Below are positions 47,101-58,769 of a stretch of DNA of 59,049 nt, piece after piece. The position numbers were made by a program, and so were the translations under genes. Under the pieces are notes generated by a model. The model saw nothing but the letters and a program-made list of their open reading frames with translations, did no database searches and was not told the DNA's origin. Source of the stretch: Methanosarcinales archaeon (lineage in GTDB: Archaea > Halobacteriota > Methanosarcinia > Methanosarcinales > Methanocomedenaceae). Where the stretch lies: contig JAIOQW010000163.1 of assembly GCA_021108405.1 (NCBI GenBank), positions 1-59,049 of the forward strand, written 5' to 3'. Position 1 is the first letter of the stretch. Each line of letters begins with the position of its first letter.

Positions 47101-48246
47101 ATGACATTTGTTTTCCAGGATACTATACCCCTAACTATTCAATGTAATTTCATAGATGACATAAACAATTTTCTCAGTGTAATAGAAAAGATTCTACCTC
47201 TTGAAAATAAGTCTTTTGAATTAAACAACCTTATCAAGCAAGAAGAAGAGAAATACTATAAAAAAACTACAGTGATGGAAGCCTTTCATAGTGATTTTGC
47301 TCAAACTGTTGAGACCCTGTCAAATAAATATAATATCGATCCGGTTGAACAATGTAAGGATGTATTGAATGAATCTGCTACTAACTGCATATATGGGCAG
47401 CGAACCCGGTTGAAAGCAGAACTGGATCATTTAGTTAAATACTCAAAAAAAGAAATCGCCCTAATGGCAGAAAATATCCGCATTAAACTTGAACCATTCT
47501 TATGGTCAGGAGTATACGGAGCAAGTAAGACCCATATTATTTTAGGTAGCACTGATAAAGTAACAGGTACTATTAAATTTAATCTCGATGGACTTTCTTA
47601 TACGTATGAAACTGTTTATACTGATGTTCCATTAAAAATTAAGAAGTTTATCGATGATATATCCTTACCTATTCGCTTAAAAAAAGGTTTGATCCATAAG
47701 GAGGAACGGATCACACAACTTGATATTTCAGAATATATCATTACCAGGATATATGATGGTGAGGACTTCCAGTTAGATATGAAGAATAAAAAAGGTACAA
47801 AAAAGATCAATATCACAGTACCTGGTGATATCAGGGATGTTAGTATAGTCTATATTGCTGAGGAGGTTTGCAATATTATGGCTGATGATCATCTATCATC
47901 CCTGATAAACCTTGATAAACTTGAAAAGCTCAAAAACCTGATATATGAATTTTTTAAAAATGATAGAAATATCATTTCAAAGACATTGGTCAATGTAGAA
48001 ATTGATGAAAAAGAAGCTATCCCAAACCATGAAATATTTGATTGCGTAAAGATCATTGCATCTTCGTACGGGGAAATGATCAACGAGATATTTGATCATG
48101 GGTTTACCAGAGAGGAGATTATTATAAAGGAGATCATTGAGGACGGGACACGTAATGAGCTATTCATTAGTGTGAATGAGATATCAAGTAGACTTTCCGC
48201 ATTGGGCGGAGATGGGCTGGAAATTAAAGACCTGTTAAACCTTTAG
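47101..48246 (+). CDS. Hypothetical soluble protein with helical N-terminus
   Basis: 381-aa ORF, no motif recognised. Confidence 0.7.
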   Translation: MTFVFQDTIPLTIQCNFIDDINNFLSVIEKILPLENKSFELNNLIKQEEEKYYKKTTVMEAFHSDFAQTVETLSNKYNIDPVEQCKDVLNESATNCIYGQRTRLKAELDHLVKYSKKEIALMAENIRIKLEPFLWSGVYGASKTHIILGSTDKVTGTIKFNLDGLSYTYETVYTDVPLKIKKFIDDISLPIRLKKGLIHKEERITQLDISEYIITRIYDGEDFQLDMKNKKGTKKINITVPGDIRDVSIVYIAEEVCNIMADDHLSSLINLDKLEKLKNLIYEFFKNDRNIISKTLVNVEIDEKEAIPNHEIFDCVKIIASSYGEMINEIFDHGFTREEIIIKEIIEDGTRNELFISVNEISSRLSALGGDGLEIKDLLNL

Positions 48247-48264
48247 GGACGATCGGGTGTTATA

Positions 48265-48714
48265 TTGTTCTTTATTCGACCTTTTCAACCAGAGGATTTC
48301 AATGATATTATTAAGATAGAGTGGGAAATTTTTAAAGAACACGACCCTCATATGTATATGGAACTGTATGAAACTGTTTCAGATGGTTTTTATGTGGCAG
48401 TTCATCAACATGTCATTACCGGATTTGTTGTGGGTTTCATTTCCATGCCTGGTAAAGGCCGGATATTTACTCTAGCGGTAAGAGAGAAGTACCGCCGATT
48501 GGGCATAGGTTCTAATCTGATGGATACTATTATTTCAATTCTCTGGAAAAAGGGCGCACAAGATATAAGTCTGGAGGTAAGACTACAAAACATTGCTGCC
48601 CAGCAGTTTTATCTGAAACATGGATTTGTTCCTGAGTGGGTAGAAAAGGGATACTATAATGATGGCGAAAATGCTCTTGTCATGAAGAAAAAGAACATAA
48701 CAATAAGCATTTAA
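48265..48714 (+). CDS. rimI: RimI/Ard1-like GNAT N-acetyltransferase
   Basis: LAVREKYRRLGIGS, LEVR..N..AQQFY.KHGF, YYNDGENALVM. Confidence 0.85.
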   Translation: MFFIRPFQPEDFNDIIKIEWEIFKEHDPHMYMELYETVSDGFYVAVHQHVITGFVVGFISMPGKGRIFTLAVREKYRRLGIGSNLMDTIISILWKKGAQDISLEVRLQNIAAQQFYLKHGFVPEWVEKGYYNDGENALVMKKKNITISI

Positions 48715-48763
48715 CTATTAGTGTATTATACTCATCCAAATTGAACTATTGAGGGAAATAATC

Positions 48764-49612
48764 TTGAAGATAATAGGAGGACCAGCTTCACAACTGCTAT
48801 CAAGTAGAGTAGCTTTCGCATTAGACTGCGAACTTGCACTGTGTGAGTTTAAGATCTTTCCTGATAATGAGTTATATATTCGTATCCTGGATGATATAGG
48901 TCCCGAAGCTGTTATTATCCAGAGCACGGTCACAGATTCTGATCTGATTGCACTACTACAACTTATCGATGCATGCGCTAATGCCGATCGCATCCATGTG
49001 GTCATCCCGTATATGGGTTATGCACGTCAGGATAAACAGTTCAATCCCGGGGAAGCATTGAGTGCCAGGGTTATGGCCCGTACAATAGAGGCAGATAATG
49101 TTATCACAGTAAATATTCATGAGGAAGCGGTACTTGATCATTTCAGGTGCAAAGCAGTAAATATGAACGCTGCCTACTTGATCGGACAATATGTCAGGGA
49201 TATGGGCCTGAGCCAGCCCATTATACTTGCTCCTGATAAAGGGGCAAAAGAACTGGCAGCTTCTGCTGCTCATGAATTAAAGATAGATTATGATTATCTT
49301 GAAAAAAAGCGAATCTCAGGTGATACTGTACAGGTAACTCCCAAGAACCTGGATGTTGCAGGCAGGGATGTAATTATCCTGGATGATATAGTGGCAACAG
49401 GAGGTACAATGGCAGAAGCAGTACGCATGCTGAAAAACCAGGGTGCAGGAGATATTTATATTGCCTGTGTACATCCGGTTCTTACAGGTAGTGCCCTGAT
49501 AAAACTGTATCATTCCGGTGTAAAAGATGTGATTGCTACAGATACTATTGAAAAGGCAATAAGCAAGGTCAGCGTAGCACAACTGCTGGCCGGTATGATA
49601 AAGAACTTATAG
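48764..49612 (+). CDS. prs: Ribose-phosphate pyrophosphokinase
   Basis: FPDNE, PYMGYARQD, APDKGA, DDIVATGGT; TTG start. Confidence 0.95.
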   Translation: MKIIGGPASQLLSSRVAFALDCELALCEFKIFPDNELYIRILDDIGPEAVIIQSTVTDSDLIALLQLIDACANADRIHVVIPYMGYARQDKQFNPGEALSARVMARTIEADNVITVNIHEEAVLDHFRCKAVNMNAAYLIGQYVRDMGLSQPIILAPDKGAKELAASAAHELKIDYDYLEKKRISGDTVQVTPKNLDVAGRDVIILDDIVATGGTMAEAVRMLKNQGAGDIYIACVHPVLTGSALIKLYHSGVKDVIATDTIEKAISKVSVAQLLAGMIKNL

Positions 49613-49615
49613 ATC

Positions 49616-50539
49616 ATGAGTACAGGTAATAATATGAACCTTATGGCACCGGCAGAATCAATGTCTACGGCTGTTAATGTAATTGAAGCAGGTGCTGATG
49701 AGATATACCTGGGCATGGAAACACCGGGACTGGTGAATCTTAACCTATCCGGGCGGGGGCAAAGCTGTAATGTAAAGGATGAGATTGAGCTGGCTGATAT
49801 TGTCTCATATGCCCATGGTAGGAACGTGCTGGTGGATTATACTGTTAATACGCCATTCATGGCTGATGCTATGGAAGAGATGTATATCAGGCATGTCATG
49901 TCCGGAGTTGATGCAGGAGTTGATGCTCTGATAGTAGGTGAATTCGGTGCTCTTGCATTATTGAAAGAACTTGATCTTGGGCTGCCCATACATGCCAGTG
50001 TGCTGCTAAATACTTTTAACAGAGGTCAGGTAGAGATGCTTTACAGTATGGGTGTATCAAAAGTAGTACTACCTTTTAAAATAACCATAGATGAGATCAG
50101 TCAGTTGAATGGTCCGGGTGTAACCCTGGAGGTCTTTGGTCAGTTCGGCTGTTCCAACATTAACGGTACATGTCATCTGATACACAATGCTGATGAAGCT
50201 GTTAAACTAGGGCTACCATGTAGAGCGAATTATAGAGTATCTACAGATGGAAGGATCCACAACATACTGGATGCAGGTACGGACTGTTCCCTATGCAGTA
50301 TTGGTGATTTGATGGATGCAGGTGTTGAGACACTGAAAGTAGTAGGCAGGTGCATGAATCCCGAGATGATACGAACGATAATACGGACTTACCGCCAGGC
50401 TATGGACATGGTCAAAGAAGGAGCCTTACCAGGTGAGATCAAGTCCTGGGTACTTGAAGAAATACCTTTTTGGATGATGTTGTGCGATCAGCAGAGGTGT
50501 AAATATTTACCAACACCCATTAACAATTCATATATTTAA
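49616..50539 (+). CDS. Peptidase U32 family Fe-S protein
   Basis: LMAPA, AGADEIYLG, IHASV, GCSNINGTC, PCR, LKVVGR. Confidence 0.85.
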   Translation: MSTGNNMNLMAPAESMSTAVNVIEAGADEIYLGMETPGLVNLNLSGRGQSCNVKDEIELADIVSYAHGRNVLVDYTVNTPFMADAMEEMYIRHVMSGVDAGVDALIVGEFGALALLKELDLGLPIHASVLLNTFNRGQVEMLYSMGVSKVVLPFKITIDEISQLNGPGVTLEVFGQFGCSNINGTCHLIHNADEAVKLGLPCRANYRVSTDGRIHNILDAGTDCSLCSIGDLMDAGVETLKVVGRCMNPEMIRTIIRTYRQAMDMVKEGALPGEIKSWVLEEIPFWMMLCDQQRCKYLPTPINNSYI

Positions 50540-50709
50540 TCATGATATATGCGAAACAGTTTAATAACATACGAATAAATATGGGCTAAAATTCCATCAA
50601 TAATCTAGAACGAATAATTTTATGCAGTGACTGTGTAATAATTTTGCAATGAAAAGATAATAATAAGATGCAATAGCAGGTCTGACCAACACAGGAGAGA
50701 ATACTTGAA

Positions 50710-53106
50710 ATGGTTTTAAAAAAAGGCAGATTTATTATAGAAGATCTGGAAAATGTCCAGATAAATATAGGTAATATCACAGGTGCCAAAGTCGAAGAAG
50801 AAGAAGACAAAAAAGAAGAAGCACATGGTCCTACCATCGCACCTGGAATACATGGTCTACGTGACTGGGACAGGCGGTTACTTAGCAGGTATGAACCTGT
50901 TTATTCTCCAATTTGTGATTTGTGCTGCTACTGTACTTACGGGAAGTGCGACCTTACAGGTAATAAGGAAGGGGCATGTGGGATCAACATGGAAGCCCAC
51001 CAGGCCCGTGAAGCCATGGTCAGGACCATAACCGGTGCGTCTGCACATGCTGGTCACGGCAGACATCTGTTGCATTACCTGATCGAGCGCTTCGGAGCCG
51101 ACCATCCAATTGATGTGGGACCCAGTAATATAAAAGCCCCTAACACCCAGACAGTACTGGGTATACGTCCGGAGACTATCGGGGATTTTATCCCTGTGCT
51201 AAACTATGTGGAAGAACAGATAACCCAGCTTATAGCAACTGCTCATGCCGGACAGGAAGGAAGTGCACTTGATTTTGACTCAAAGGCCCTTCATGCAGGT
51301 ATGCTTGATCATGTGGGTATGGAAGTATCTGATATAATCCAGATATCATGTCTTGGCTTTCCTAAAAGTGATGAAAATGCTGCTTTTGCCGATATAGGAA
51401 TGGGACTGATCGATTCGGACAAACCTGTACTACTGGTCATAGGACATAACGTTGCTGCTGTAACATATATTATTGACTATGTTGAAGAAAATGACCTGGT
51501 TGATAAGATAGAGGTAGTAGGACTTTGCTGTACTGCAATTGATATGACAAGATACAATATCAGTGCAAAGATCGTAGGATCTATGGCAAAACAGCTAAAA
51601 TATATACGCTCTGGTATTCCTGATGTGATCGTAGTAGATGAACAGTGTATTAGAGGTGATGTATTAAAGGAAGCCAGTAAACTGCATATTCCTGTGATCG
51701 CTACTAATGATAAGATCATGTACAATCTGCCTGATCGAAGCAACGATGATATTAATTCTATTATGGATGATCTCGTATCAGGATCACAGCAAGGAGTATT
51801 ACTATTTGATTTTGATAAGATAGGCGAACTGGCGCCAGAACTTACCTTGAAGATGGCACCTATCAGAAAGGAAAAAGGTTACACAGCCCTGCCTGATGAT
51901 GAAGAGTTCAAGAGACTTACCTCAAGTTGCACTCAGTGTGGTGCCTGTGTGATCAATTGTCCCCAGGGACTTGATATAGATGTAGCTATGACTGCGGCAG
52001 CTGGTGGTGATCTCACTTTATTTGAGATCCTGCATGATAAATGTATAGGGTGCGGCCGGTGTGAGGAAGATTGTCCAAAAGGTATTCCTGTACTGGATGT
52101 GATCGAGAAAGCTGCCCAAAAAGTGATTCGTGAAGAGAAAGGCAAAGTAAGAATAGGGCGCGGCCAGATTGGAGATCCTGAGATAAGGGAAGAAGGAAGA
52201 AATCTTGTGCTTGGGACCACACCAGGTATTGTAGCTATTGTAGGTTGTCCCAACTATCCGGATGGCAGCCGTGATATATATGAAATTGCAGAGGAAATGC
52301 TTAAACGAAGTTATATTGTTGTTACTTCAGGATGCAGTGCTATGGATATAGGTATGTTCAAAGATGATGATGGCAAGACACTATATGAGCGCTTTGGCGG
52401 ACGGTTCTCAAAAGGCAACCTGTTGAATGTAGGTTCGTGCGTCTCAAATGCTCATATCACTGCAACTACTATTAAAGTAGCCAGTATTTTTGCAGGCCGT
52501 AATATAGACGGTAACTATGAAGAGATCGCTGATTATGTATTATGCAGGATAGGTGCCGTGGGACTGGCATGGGGTGCATTTTCACAGAAGGCCCTTTCTA
52601 TCGGTACAGGATGCAACCGTATGGGTATTCCAGTGATACTTGGACCCCACGGACCTAAATATAGACGGGCCTATATTGGGAATCCTTATGATCCTGAAAA
52701 ATGGAATATACTGGATGCACGGGATGGTTCATCTCATTTAATGGAACCTGCTCCCGAACATCTGTTGATTTCGGCTGAAACAAAGGATGAGGCCTTGCCT
52801 ATGCTGGCCAAGCTCTGTTTCAGGCCAGGTGATAACAGTCTGGGTAGAATGATCAAACTTACACATTATATTGAACTTAGCGAGAAGTATCTTGGGGAAC
52901 TCCCTGATGACTGGCATGTGTATGTAAGGAGCGAAGCCGACCTGCCACTGGCAAAGAAAGAAATGCTACTTAAGATCCTAGAACAGGAACACGGGTGGGA
53001 GATTAACTGGAAAAAGAAAAAGATCATAAAAGGACCATTCAGAAGGCCGGATGTTTCTTTCCAGCCTACGAATGTACCCGGATTATGCAAGGGGGTGTCA
53101 GTATAA
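50710..53106 (+). CDS. cdhA: CO dehydrogenase/acetyl-CoA synthase alpha subunit
   Basis: [36 protein letters not shown]. Confidence 0.97.
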   Translation: MVLKKGRFIIEDLENVQINIGNITGAKVEEEEDKKEEAHGPTIAPGIHGLRDWDRRLLSRYEPVYSPICDLCCYCTYGKCDLTGNKEGACGINMEAHQAREAMVRTITGASAHAGHGRHLLHYLIERFGADHPIDVGPSNIKAPNTQTVLGIRPETIGDFIPVLNYVEEQITQLIATAHAGQEGSALDFDSKALHAGMLDHVGMEVSDIIQISCLGFPKSDENAAFADIGMGLIDSDKPVLLVIGHNVAAVTYIIDYVEENDLVDKIEVVGLCCTAIDMTRYNISAKIVGSMAKQLKYIRSGIPDVIVVDEQCIRGDVLKEASKLHIPVIATNDKIMYNLPDRSNDDINSIMDDLVSGSQQGVLLFDFDKIGELAPELTLKMAPIRKEKGYTALPDDEEFKRLTSSCTQCGACVINCPQGLDIDVAMTAAAGGDLTLFEILHDKCIGCGRCEEDCPKGIPVLDVIEKAAQKVIREEKGKVRIGRGQIGDPEIREEGRNLVLGTTPGIVAIVGCPNYPDGSRDIYEIAEEMLKRSYIVVTSGCSAMDIGMFKDDDGKTLYERFGGRFSKGNLLNVGSCVSNAHITATTIKVASIFAGRNIDGNYEEIADYVLCRIGAVGLAWGAFSQKALSIGTGCNRMGIPVILGPHGPKYRRAYIGNPYDPEKWNILDARDGSSHLMEPAPEHLLISAETKDEALPMLAKLCFRPGDNSLGRMIKLTHYIELSEKYLGELPDDWHVYVRSEADLPLAKKEMLLKILEQEHGWEINWKKKKIIKGPFRRPDVSFQPTNVPGLCKGVSV

Positions 53107-53651
53107 TGGCACAAAAAACAGTAGATACTACTAAGCGGGCTGTACCATTTGATAGGGCAAATGTGCCCGGACCAAAGATGGCTAAACCTGTGAAAGCCGA
53201 ATTGGCAGGTAAATTAATTTCAAAAGCCAAGCGTCCGCTGCTTATAGTAGGGACACCGGGTGCTGATACGGGGATCCCGGAAATTATCAAGACATTTAAT
53301 AGTAATAATATTCCGGTAGCAGCAACAGGAAGCTGTTTGAAGGCATTAAAGCAAGCAGATGTCGAAGCTACTTATGTAAATCTTCATGCATTAGTCTCAT
53401 ATTTGAAAGACCCTAAATGGAAGGGATTTGATGGCAATGGGAATTATGATACTGCGATCTTTGTGGGTCATACTTACTACTATGCCAGCCAGTTGATGTC
53501 TACGTTAAAGAACTTTACTACGATAAAGGTAATCTCTATTGACAGGCATTATCATCCGAATGCTCAATTGTCGTTTGGGAACCTTAATGATGATGATTTT
53601 AGAACGGCACTTAAAATAGTAGCCGCACAATTAGAACAAAATCCTAGCTAA
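53106..53651 (+). CDS. cdhB: ACDS epsilon subunit
   Basis: AKRPLLIVG, WKGFDGNGNYD, YHPNA; ATG overlaps the cdhA stop. Confidence 0.95.
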   Translation: MAQKTVDTTKRAVPFDRANVPGPKMAKPVKAELAGKLISKAKRPLLIVGTPGADTGIPEIIKTFNSNNIPVAATGSCLKALKQADVEATYVNLHALVSYLKDPKWKGFDGNGNYDTAIFVGHTYYYASQLMSTLKNFTTIKVISIDRHYHPNAQLSFGNLNDDDFRTALKIVAAQLEQNPS

Positions 53652-53695
53652 CGCTCGGATTTTCTTGAGTAAATCAAGTTATACTTAACATATTA
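53632..53695. repeat. GAACAAAATCC modular element (A+E) overlapping the cdhB 3' end
   Basis: TAGAACAAAATCCTAGCTAACGCTCGGATTTTCTTGAGTAAATCAAGTTATACTTAACATATTA. Confidence 0.85.
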
Positions 53696-53753
53696 AAAAA
53701 AAATAACATTAATGAAACAGGTTATGAGATAAACACGCAAGTGAGGCAGAATA

Positions 53754-55163
53754 ATGGCAGACGAATATCCATTTGAAATATCACCTATGTTCGAAGGAGA
53801 AAGGGTTAGAAAGGACGATCTTTATATTGAATTTGCAGGCCCTAAATCCAAAGGATTCGAATTGGTCAGAGTTGCCGAAGAGAATGAGATAGAAGATGAC
53901 GGATTTACACTTATCGGTCCTGATATCTCAGAAATGGAGGAAGGCTTACTCTATCCATTAGGAATGATATACCGTATTTCAGGGGCACTGGTAGAACCGG
54001 ACCTGGAGGCTATTGTAGAGAGACGAAATCATGATTTCCAGAACTATATCCAGGGAATGATGCATTTGAACCAGCGGTATGATGTATGGCTGAGGATCAG
54101 TAAGGACATGATAGCTAATGGCCTGGAATCCCTGGAACATATTGCAAAAGCTACTATGATGCTTTTTAAGAATGAACTTTCCTTTATTGAAAAGATAGAG
54201 GCTGTTTATATCACAGACCTTGAAAAGGTAGAAGAGGAACTTACCAAAGCTATGGAAATATATGCTGCCCGGGATGAAAGGACAAAGAACCTTCATGATG
54301 AGGATGTGGATAATTTCTACGGATGTACACTTTGCCAGAGTTTTGCACCTACCAGTGTATGTGTGATAACACCTGATCGGATCGCACTGTGCGGTGCAAT
54401 TAACTGGTTTGACGGCAGAGCTGCTGCAAAAGTAGACCCGGAAGGTCCGCAGTTCGCTATTGAGAAGGGTGAATGCCTGGATGTAATAGGTGGAGAATAT
54501 ACAGGTGTCAATGAAGTTGCCTTGAAAATGTCAGGCGGTGAATATAATAAGATCAAACTGCATAGTTTCTTTGAATTTCCACATACTTCATGCGGGTGTT
54601 TTGAAGTCGTAGGTTTCTTTATGCCTGAAGTGGATGGTATAGGCTGGGTGGACCGTGATTATACAGGCCTGGCTCCTAACGGGCTGGCATTCAGTACTAT
54701 GGCAGGACAGACCGGTGGCGGTAAGCAGGTCATGGGATTCTTAGGTGTAGGTATCAATTACTTCAGGTCACCTAAGTTCATCCAGGCAGATGGAGGTTGG
54801 AACAGGACAGTATGGATGCCAAAGGACCTTAAAAATAAAGTACTCTCCGATATCCCGTCAAGTATTGTAGATAAAGTAGCAACGCAAGATGATGTTGATG
54901 ACCTGGATAAATTAAAACAGTTCTTGATAGATAAAGAACATCCGGTTGTAGAAAAATGGCCTGCAAAAGAGGAGGAAAAGGCCAAACCACCTGAGAAAAA
55001 AGCAGATGAGGTTGGCCAGGTAGCACCTGGTCCGGGAGTATTTGCTCCGACAATGCCTCTAGATATTCCATCCATGATCGGTGGCGGTGGTGAAGGTATC
55101 AAAGTAACATTAAAGAATGCAAAGATCTCCATTGATAAGATAATTATCACTAATAAGAAGTAA
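53754..55163 (+). CDS. cdhC: ACDS beta subunit (acetyl-CoA synthase)
   Basis: GCTLCQSFAP, LCGAI, TSCGCFE. Confidence 0.97.
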   Translation: MADEYPFEISPMFEGERVRKDDLYIEFAGPKSKGFELVRVAEENEIEDDGFTLIGPDISEMEEGLLYPLGMIYRISGALVEPDLEAIVERRNHDFQNYIQGMMHLNQRYDVWLRISKDMIANGLESLEHIAKATMMLFKNELSFIEKIEAVYITDLEKVEEELTKAMEIYAARDERTKNLHDEDVDNFYGCTLCQSFAPTSVCVITPDRIALCGAINWFDGRAAAKVDPEGPQFAIEKGECLDVIGGEYTGVNEVALKMSGGEYNKIKLHSFFEFPHTSCGCFEVVGFFMPEVDGIGWVDRDYTGLAPNGLAFSTMAGQTGGGKQVMGFLGVGINYFRSPKFIQADGGWNRTVWMPKDLKNKVLSDIPSSIVDKVATQDDVDDLDKLKQFLIDKEHPVVEKWPAKEEEKAKPPEKKADEVGQVAPGPGVFAPTMPLDIPSMIGGGGEGIKVTLKNAKISIDKIIITNKK

Positions 55164-55178
55164 TTTTTAGAGGTAGCC

Positions 55179-55928
55179 TTGAGAGTTATTGCAATTACCG
55201 GAAAAGGAGGAACTGGCAAAACCGCAATCGCAGCAATGCTAATACGGTCATTGGTGAGTAAGAACATGACAATACTTGCAGTAGATGCGGACCCTGACAC
55301 AAATCTTCCTGAAGCACTGGGAGATACGGTTGAGGAGACAGTAGGCGACCAGAGGGAGTTCATGCTAAGAGAACGAGATAATCTGCCTCCTGATGTTGAT
55401 AAGGAAAGGATGCTTGAATCAAAGATATACAGTATACTTGCTGAGCGACATGGATATGACCTGCTTGTTATGGGAAGGCCTGACGGCCCAGGATGTTATT
55501 GTTACACTAATAACCTTTTAAGAGGAATTATGGACAGGATCGTTAAGAACTATGATCTGACAATTATTGATACGGCAGCCGGACTGGAACATCTGAGCAG
55601 ACGTATTATCAGGGATGTGGACGAACTTATTGTAGTAACTGACGGGTCAAAACGAGGACTTCAAACCGCACAACGTATACGTGTGCTTGTAGATGAAATA
55701 GGCTTGAATATTAGTCATATGCATGTTATATTAAATAAAGTGACACCACAGAACCGGGATCGGCTTATCGAATTGGTAAAACAGTTGGAACTTGAGATGG
55801 TTGGAATGGTACCTTATGATGAGGCTTTGGCCAGGTTAGACCTTGAGGGTATTTCGTTAATGGAACTACCAAAAAACTCTTTGGCTCAGGTTGAGATTGA
55901 TAAAATTATTATGAAACTGGGAATGTGA
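55179..55928 (+). CDS. cooC: CODH/ACS nickel-insertion ATPase (CooC/AcsF)
   Basis: GKGGTGKT, DADP, GCYC, DTAAGLEH. Confidence 0.92.
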   Translation: MRVIAITGKGGTGKTAIAAMLIRSLVSKNMTILAVDADPDTNLPEALGDTVEETVGDQREFMLRERDNLPPDVDKERMLESKIYSILAERHGYDLLVMGRPDGPGCYCYTNNLLRGIMDRIVKNYDLTIIDTAAGLEHLSRRIIRDVDELIVVTDGSKRGLQTAQRIRVLVDEIGLNISHMHVILNKVTPQNRDRLIELVKQLELEMVGMVPYDEALARLDLEGISLMELPKNSLAQVEIDKIIMKLGM

Positions 55929-55943
55929 AGGGTGGAATTATTT

Positions 55944-57248
55944 ATGACAAAAAAGATTACTTTATCCAAATTAAACGGTCTGCTTAAAGATATGGAAGTA
56001 GAGGCTTTAGAGGGTGTAACCATTGAAGGTGATATTGAACTGGAAATGGATGCCATAGGCGGGCTTAACCCACAACTAGCTTATATGCTCGGACAGGAGA
56101 CTGCACAGATAGCCGGGCATTTGATCAATATTTCCCAGCTTTTGGGTTATCCTGTAGATCAATTACTTAGTAAACCGGTAAATGATGATAAACAAAGAAT
56201 GATTAAACCAATGGAACTGAACCGCTCTACATTCCAGGTCAATAAGATGGAGGAATGGACGAACGAGATACAGGAAGTTACTCTTGGTGCTTCTTCTTCA
56301 GACGGTGGGACCAGGAAGTCTATCATCACAGTAGGAGGAGAGAATGCACTGCCTTACTATTTTGATAGTCCTATGCCGCACCGTAATCATATCACAATGG
56401 ATGTCTTTGATATGCCTATTGGAATGGCAAAGGCTGTAAAATCAAATTATGAGGATGTGATGGATAGTCCGGCAGAATGGGCTAAAAAAAATGTTAATGA
56501 ATTCGGAGCTGATATGGTTACCATTCACCTGATCAGTACTGACCCTAATATAAAAGATACGTCAGCAAAAGAAGCTGCAGAGACTGTAGCTGATGTGCTT
56601 CAGGCAGTAGATGTGCCAATTGTGATAGGTGGCAGCGGTAATCCTGAGAAAGACCCTGAAGTATTGGAGAAAGCTGCTGAGATTGCGCAGGGTGAGCGGG
56701 TACTACTGGCCAGTGCCAGTCTGAACCTGGATTATGAGCGTATTGCAAATGCAGCCAAAGAGTATGGTCATGTGGTGTTATCATGGACGCAGCTTGAGAT
56801 CAATGCACAAAAGGAACTCAACAGGAAATTAATGAAACAGTGTAATGTCGATAGAGAGGATATTATTATGGACCCGACAACGGCTGCACTGGGTTACGGG
56901 TTGGATTATGCTTATACTAATATGGAACGCATACGCCTTGCTGGTCTTGTCGGAGATGATGAACTGAACTTCCCTATGAGCAGCGGTACTACTAATGCAT
57001 GGGGTGCACGTGAGTCCTGGATGATAGATTCGCCATTAAAAGAAGACAGCGACTGGGGCCCCCGGGAATATAGAGGACCTATCTGGGAGATCATTACAGG
57101 CTTAACCCTGGCACTGGGAGGTAATGACCTGTTCATGATGATGCATCCTGCTTCTGTGGCTGTACTTAAGGAGATCACCAAGAGTCTTCATGGGTCTCTT
57201 GCCAGGGATACGGTTGATATCTCTAACTGGGTAACTACCAAGGTGTAA
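55944..57248 (+). CDS. cdhD: ACDS delta subunit
   Basis: [35 protein letters not shown]. Confidence 0.96.
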   Translation: MTKKITLSKLNGLLKDMEVEALEGVTIEGDIELEMDAIGGLNPQLAYMLGQETAQIAGHLINISQLLGYPVDQLLSKPVNDDKQRMIKPMELNRSTFQVNKMEEWTNEIQEVTLGASSSDGGTRKSIITVGGENALPYYFDSPMPHRNHITMDVFDMPIGMAKAVKSNYEDVMDSPAEWAKKNVNEFGADMVTIHLISTDPNIKDTSAKEAAETVADVLQAVDVPIVIGGSGNPEKDPEVLEKAAEIAQGERVLLASASLNLDYERIANAAKEYGHVVLSWTQLEINAQKELNRKLMKQCNVDREDIIMDPTTAALGYGLDYAYTNMERIRLAGLVGDDELNFPMSSGTTNAWGARESWMIDSPLKEDSDWGPREYRGPIWEIITGLTLALGGNDLFMMMHPASVAVLKEITKSLHGSLARDTVDISNWVTTKV

Positions 57249-57250
57249 TA

Positions 57251-58657
57251 ATGAAGATCAACAGCCCTCTTGAAGTATATCAGTATCTCCCACAGACCAA
57301 TTGCCAGGAATGTGGTGAGCTTACATGCATGGCGTTTGCATCTCATTTGATCGATCGCTCAATCAAACTGGAAGATTGTAAACCTATCCTGGAAGACGCT
57401 TATAAGGAAAAGTATCAGGATCTGAGTGAATTAATGGCTCCTGAGATCGCAGAAGTAATTATTGGGGTGGGTGAGCATGCTGTAACAGTCGGTGGTGATG
57501 ATGTGCTGTACCGTCATCAGTTGACCTTTTTTAATCCTCCTGCCTTTGCAGTTGATGTCTGGGATACTATGTCGCAAAGCGATTTGATTGAAAGAGTAAC
57601 ATTTATAAAAGATTATAAAAAATTCTATGTCGGGCGGTTCCTTACACTTGACATGATCGCAATACGCAGTGTTTCGGGTGACCCTGATACTTTCAAACAT
57701 GCTGTTACTTTAGTGATGGAACATACGGAACTTCCCCTGGTATTATGCAGTCTTGATCCTGCGGTACTACAGGCAGGATTGGAAGTGGCAGCAGAGAAAA
57801 AACCGTTATTATATGCTGCTACTAAGGATAACTGGCAGGATGTATATGATCTTGTAGTAGAGTATAATGTGCCTGTAGTTCTGTTCGCACCTGATGAGTT
57901 GGATACTTTAAAGAGCTTGGCAATTACATTCATTGAAAACGGATGTAAGGATCTGATCCTTGATCCTGGTACGAATCCACAGGGTAGGAATCTACGTGAA
58001 TCCTTTGAGAACTTCATAATGATCAGGCGTGCCGGTATCAAGGAAGGACAAAAAGAAATAGCATTTCCATTAATGGCTGTACCTATGACCGCATATATGA
58101 CCAATGATGACCCGGTATCTGCCAGTTACTGGGAAACTGTATTATGTGGTGTATTCACAGTGCGGTACGGGGATATTATGATACTGCATAGCATTGAACC
58201 TTATGCCTTGCTTCCGGAAATGCACATTAAGGATACTGTCTATACTGACCCCAGGACTCCTGTTAAGGTTGATTCGAGGGTATACAAGGTTGGTTCACCT
58301 GATAAGGATTCGCCTGTGTTTGTAACTACTAATTTTGCTCTTACTTTCTATACTGTTGAGAGTGACCTGGCCAGTAATGAGATCAACTGCCATCTACTGG
58401 CTGTGGATACTGATGGACTTGGTGTGGAAGCAGCAGTGGCTGGCGGACAGCTTACTGGTAAAAATATTGCCGATGATTTTAAAAAGAGTAATTTTGATTT
58501 TAGTGATAAGACCAGTCATAATATTGTGATCATTCCGGGTCTGGCTGCAAGATTGCAGGGTGACCTGGAGGATACTTCAGGATTGAATGTGATGGTGGGA
58601 CCACCGGATAGTGGCAGGATTCCTGGGTGGATGGAGAAGAACTGGGATGGCAAATAG
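57251..58657 (+). CDS. cdhE: ACDS gamma subunit
   Basis: LPQTNCQECGELTCMAFA, YTDPRTP, TTNFALT. Confidence 0.97.
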   Translation: MKINSPLEVYQYLPQTNCQECGELTCMAFASHLIDRSIKLEDCKPILEDAYKEKYQDLSELMAPEIAEVIIGVGEHAVTVGGDDVLYRHQLTFFNPPAFAVDVWDTMSQSDLIERVTFIKDYKKFYVGRFLTLDMIAIRSVSGDPDTFKHAVTLVMEHTELPLVLCSLDPAVLQAGLEVAAEKKPLLYAATKDNWQDVYDLVVEYNVPVVLFAPDELDTLKSLAITFIENGCKDLILDPGTNPQGRNLRESFENFIMIRRAGIKEGQKEIAFPLMAVPMTAYMTNDDPVSASYWETVLCGVFTVRYGDIMILHSIEPYALLPEMHIKDTVYTDPRTPVKVDSRVYKVGSPDKDSPVFVTTNFALTFYTVESDLASNEINCHLLAVDTDGLGVEAAVAGGQLTGKNIADDFKKSNFDFSDKTSHNIVIIPGLAARLQGDLEDTSGLNVMVGPPDSGRIPGWMEKNWDGK

Positions 58658-58769
58658 TGAAATAATTGAAAAAATCAAAGATGGAAAATTTGTTAATTAA
58701 CGACAAACTTTCAAGAAAAAAATACCTTATTCCATTACTAATGTGCAATACTTAGGTGAAATTTAGATA

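Noticed and set aside
153-58748. Numerous short antisense or overlapping ORFs in the track
   Set aside because: They shadow well-supported genes on the other strand or frame and have no motifs
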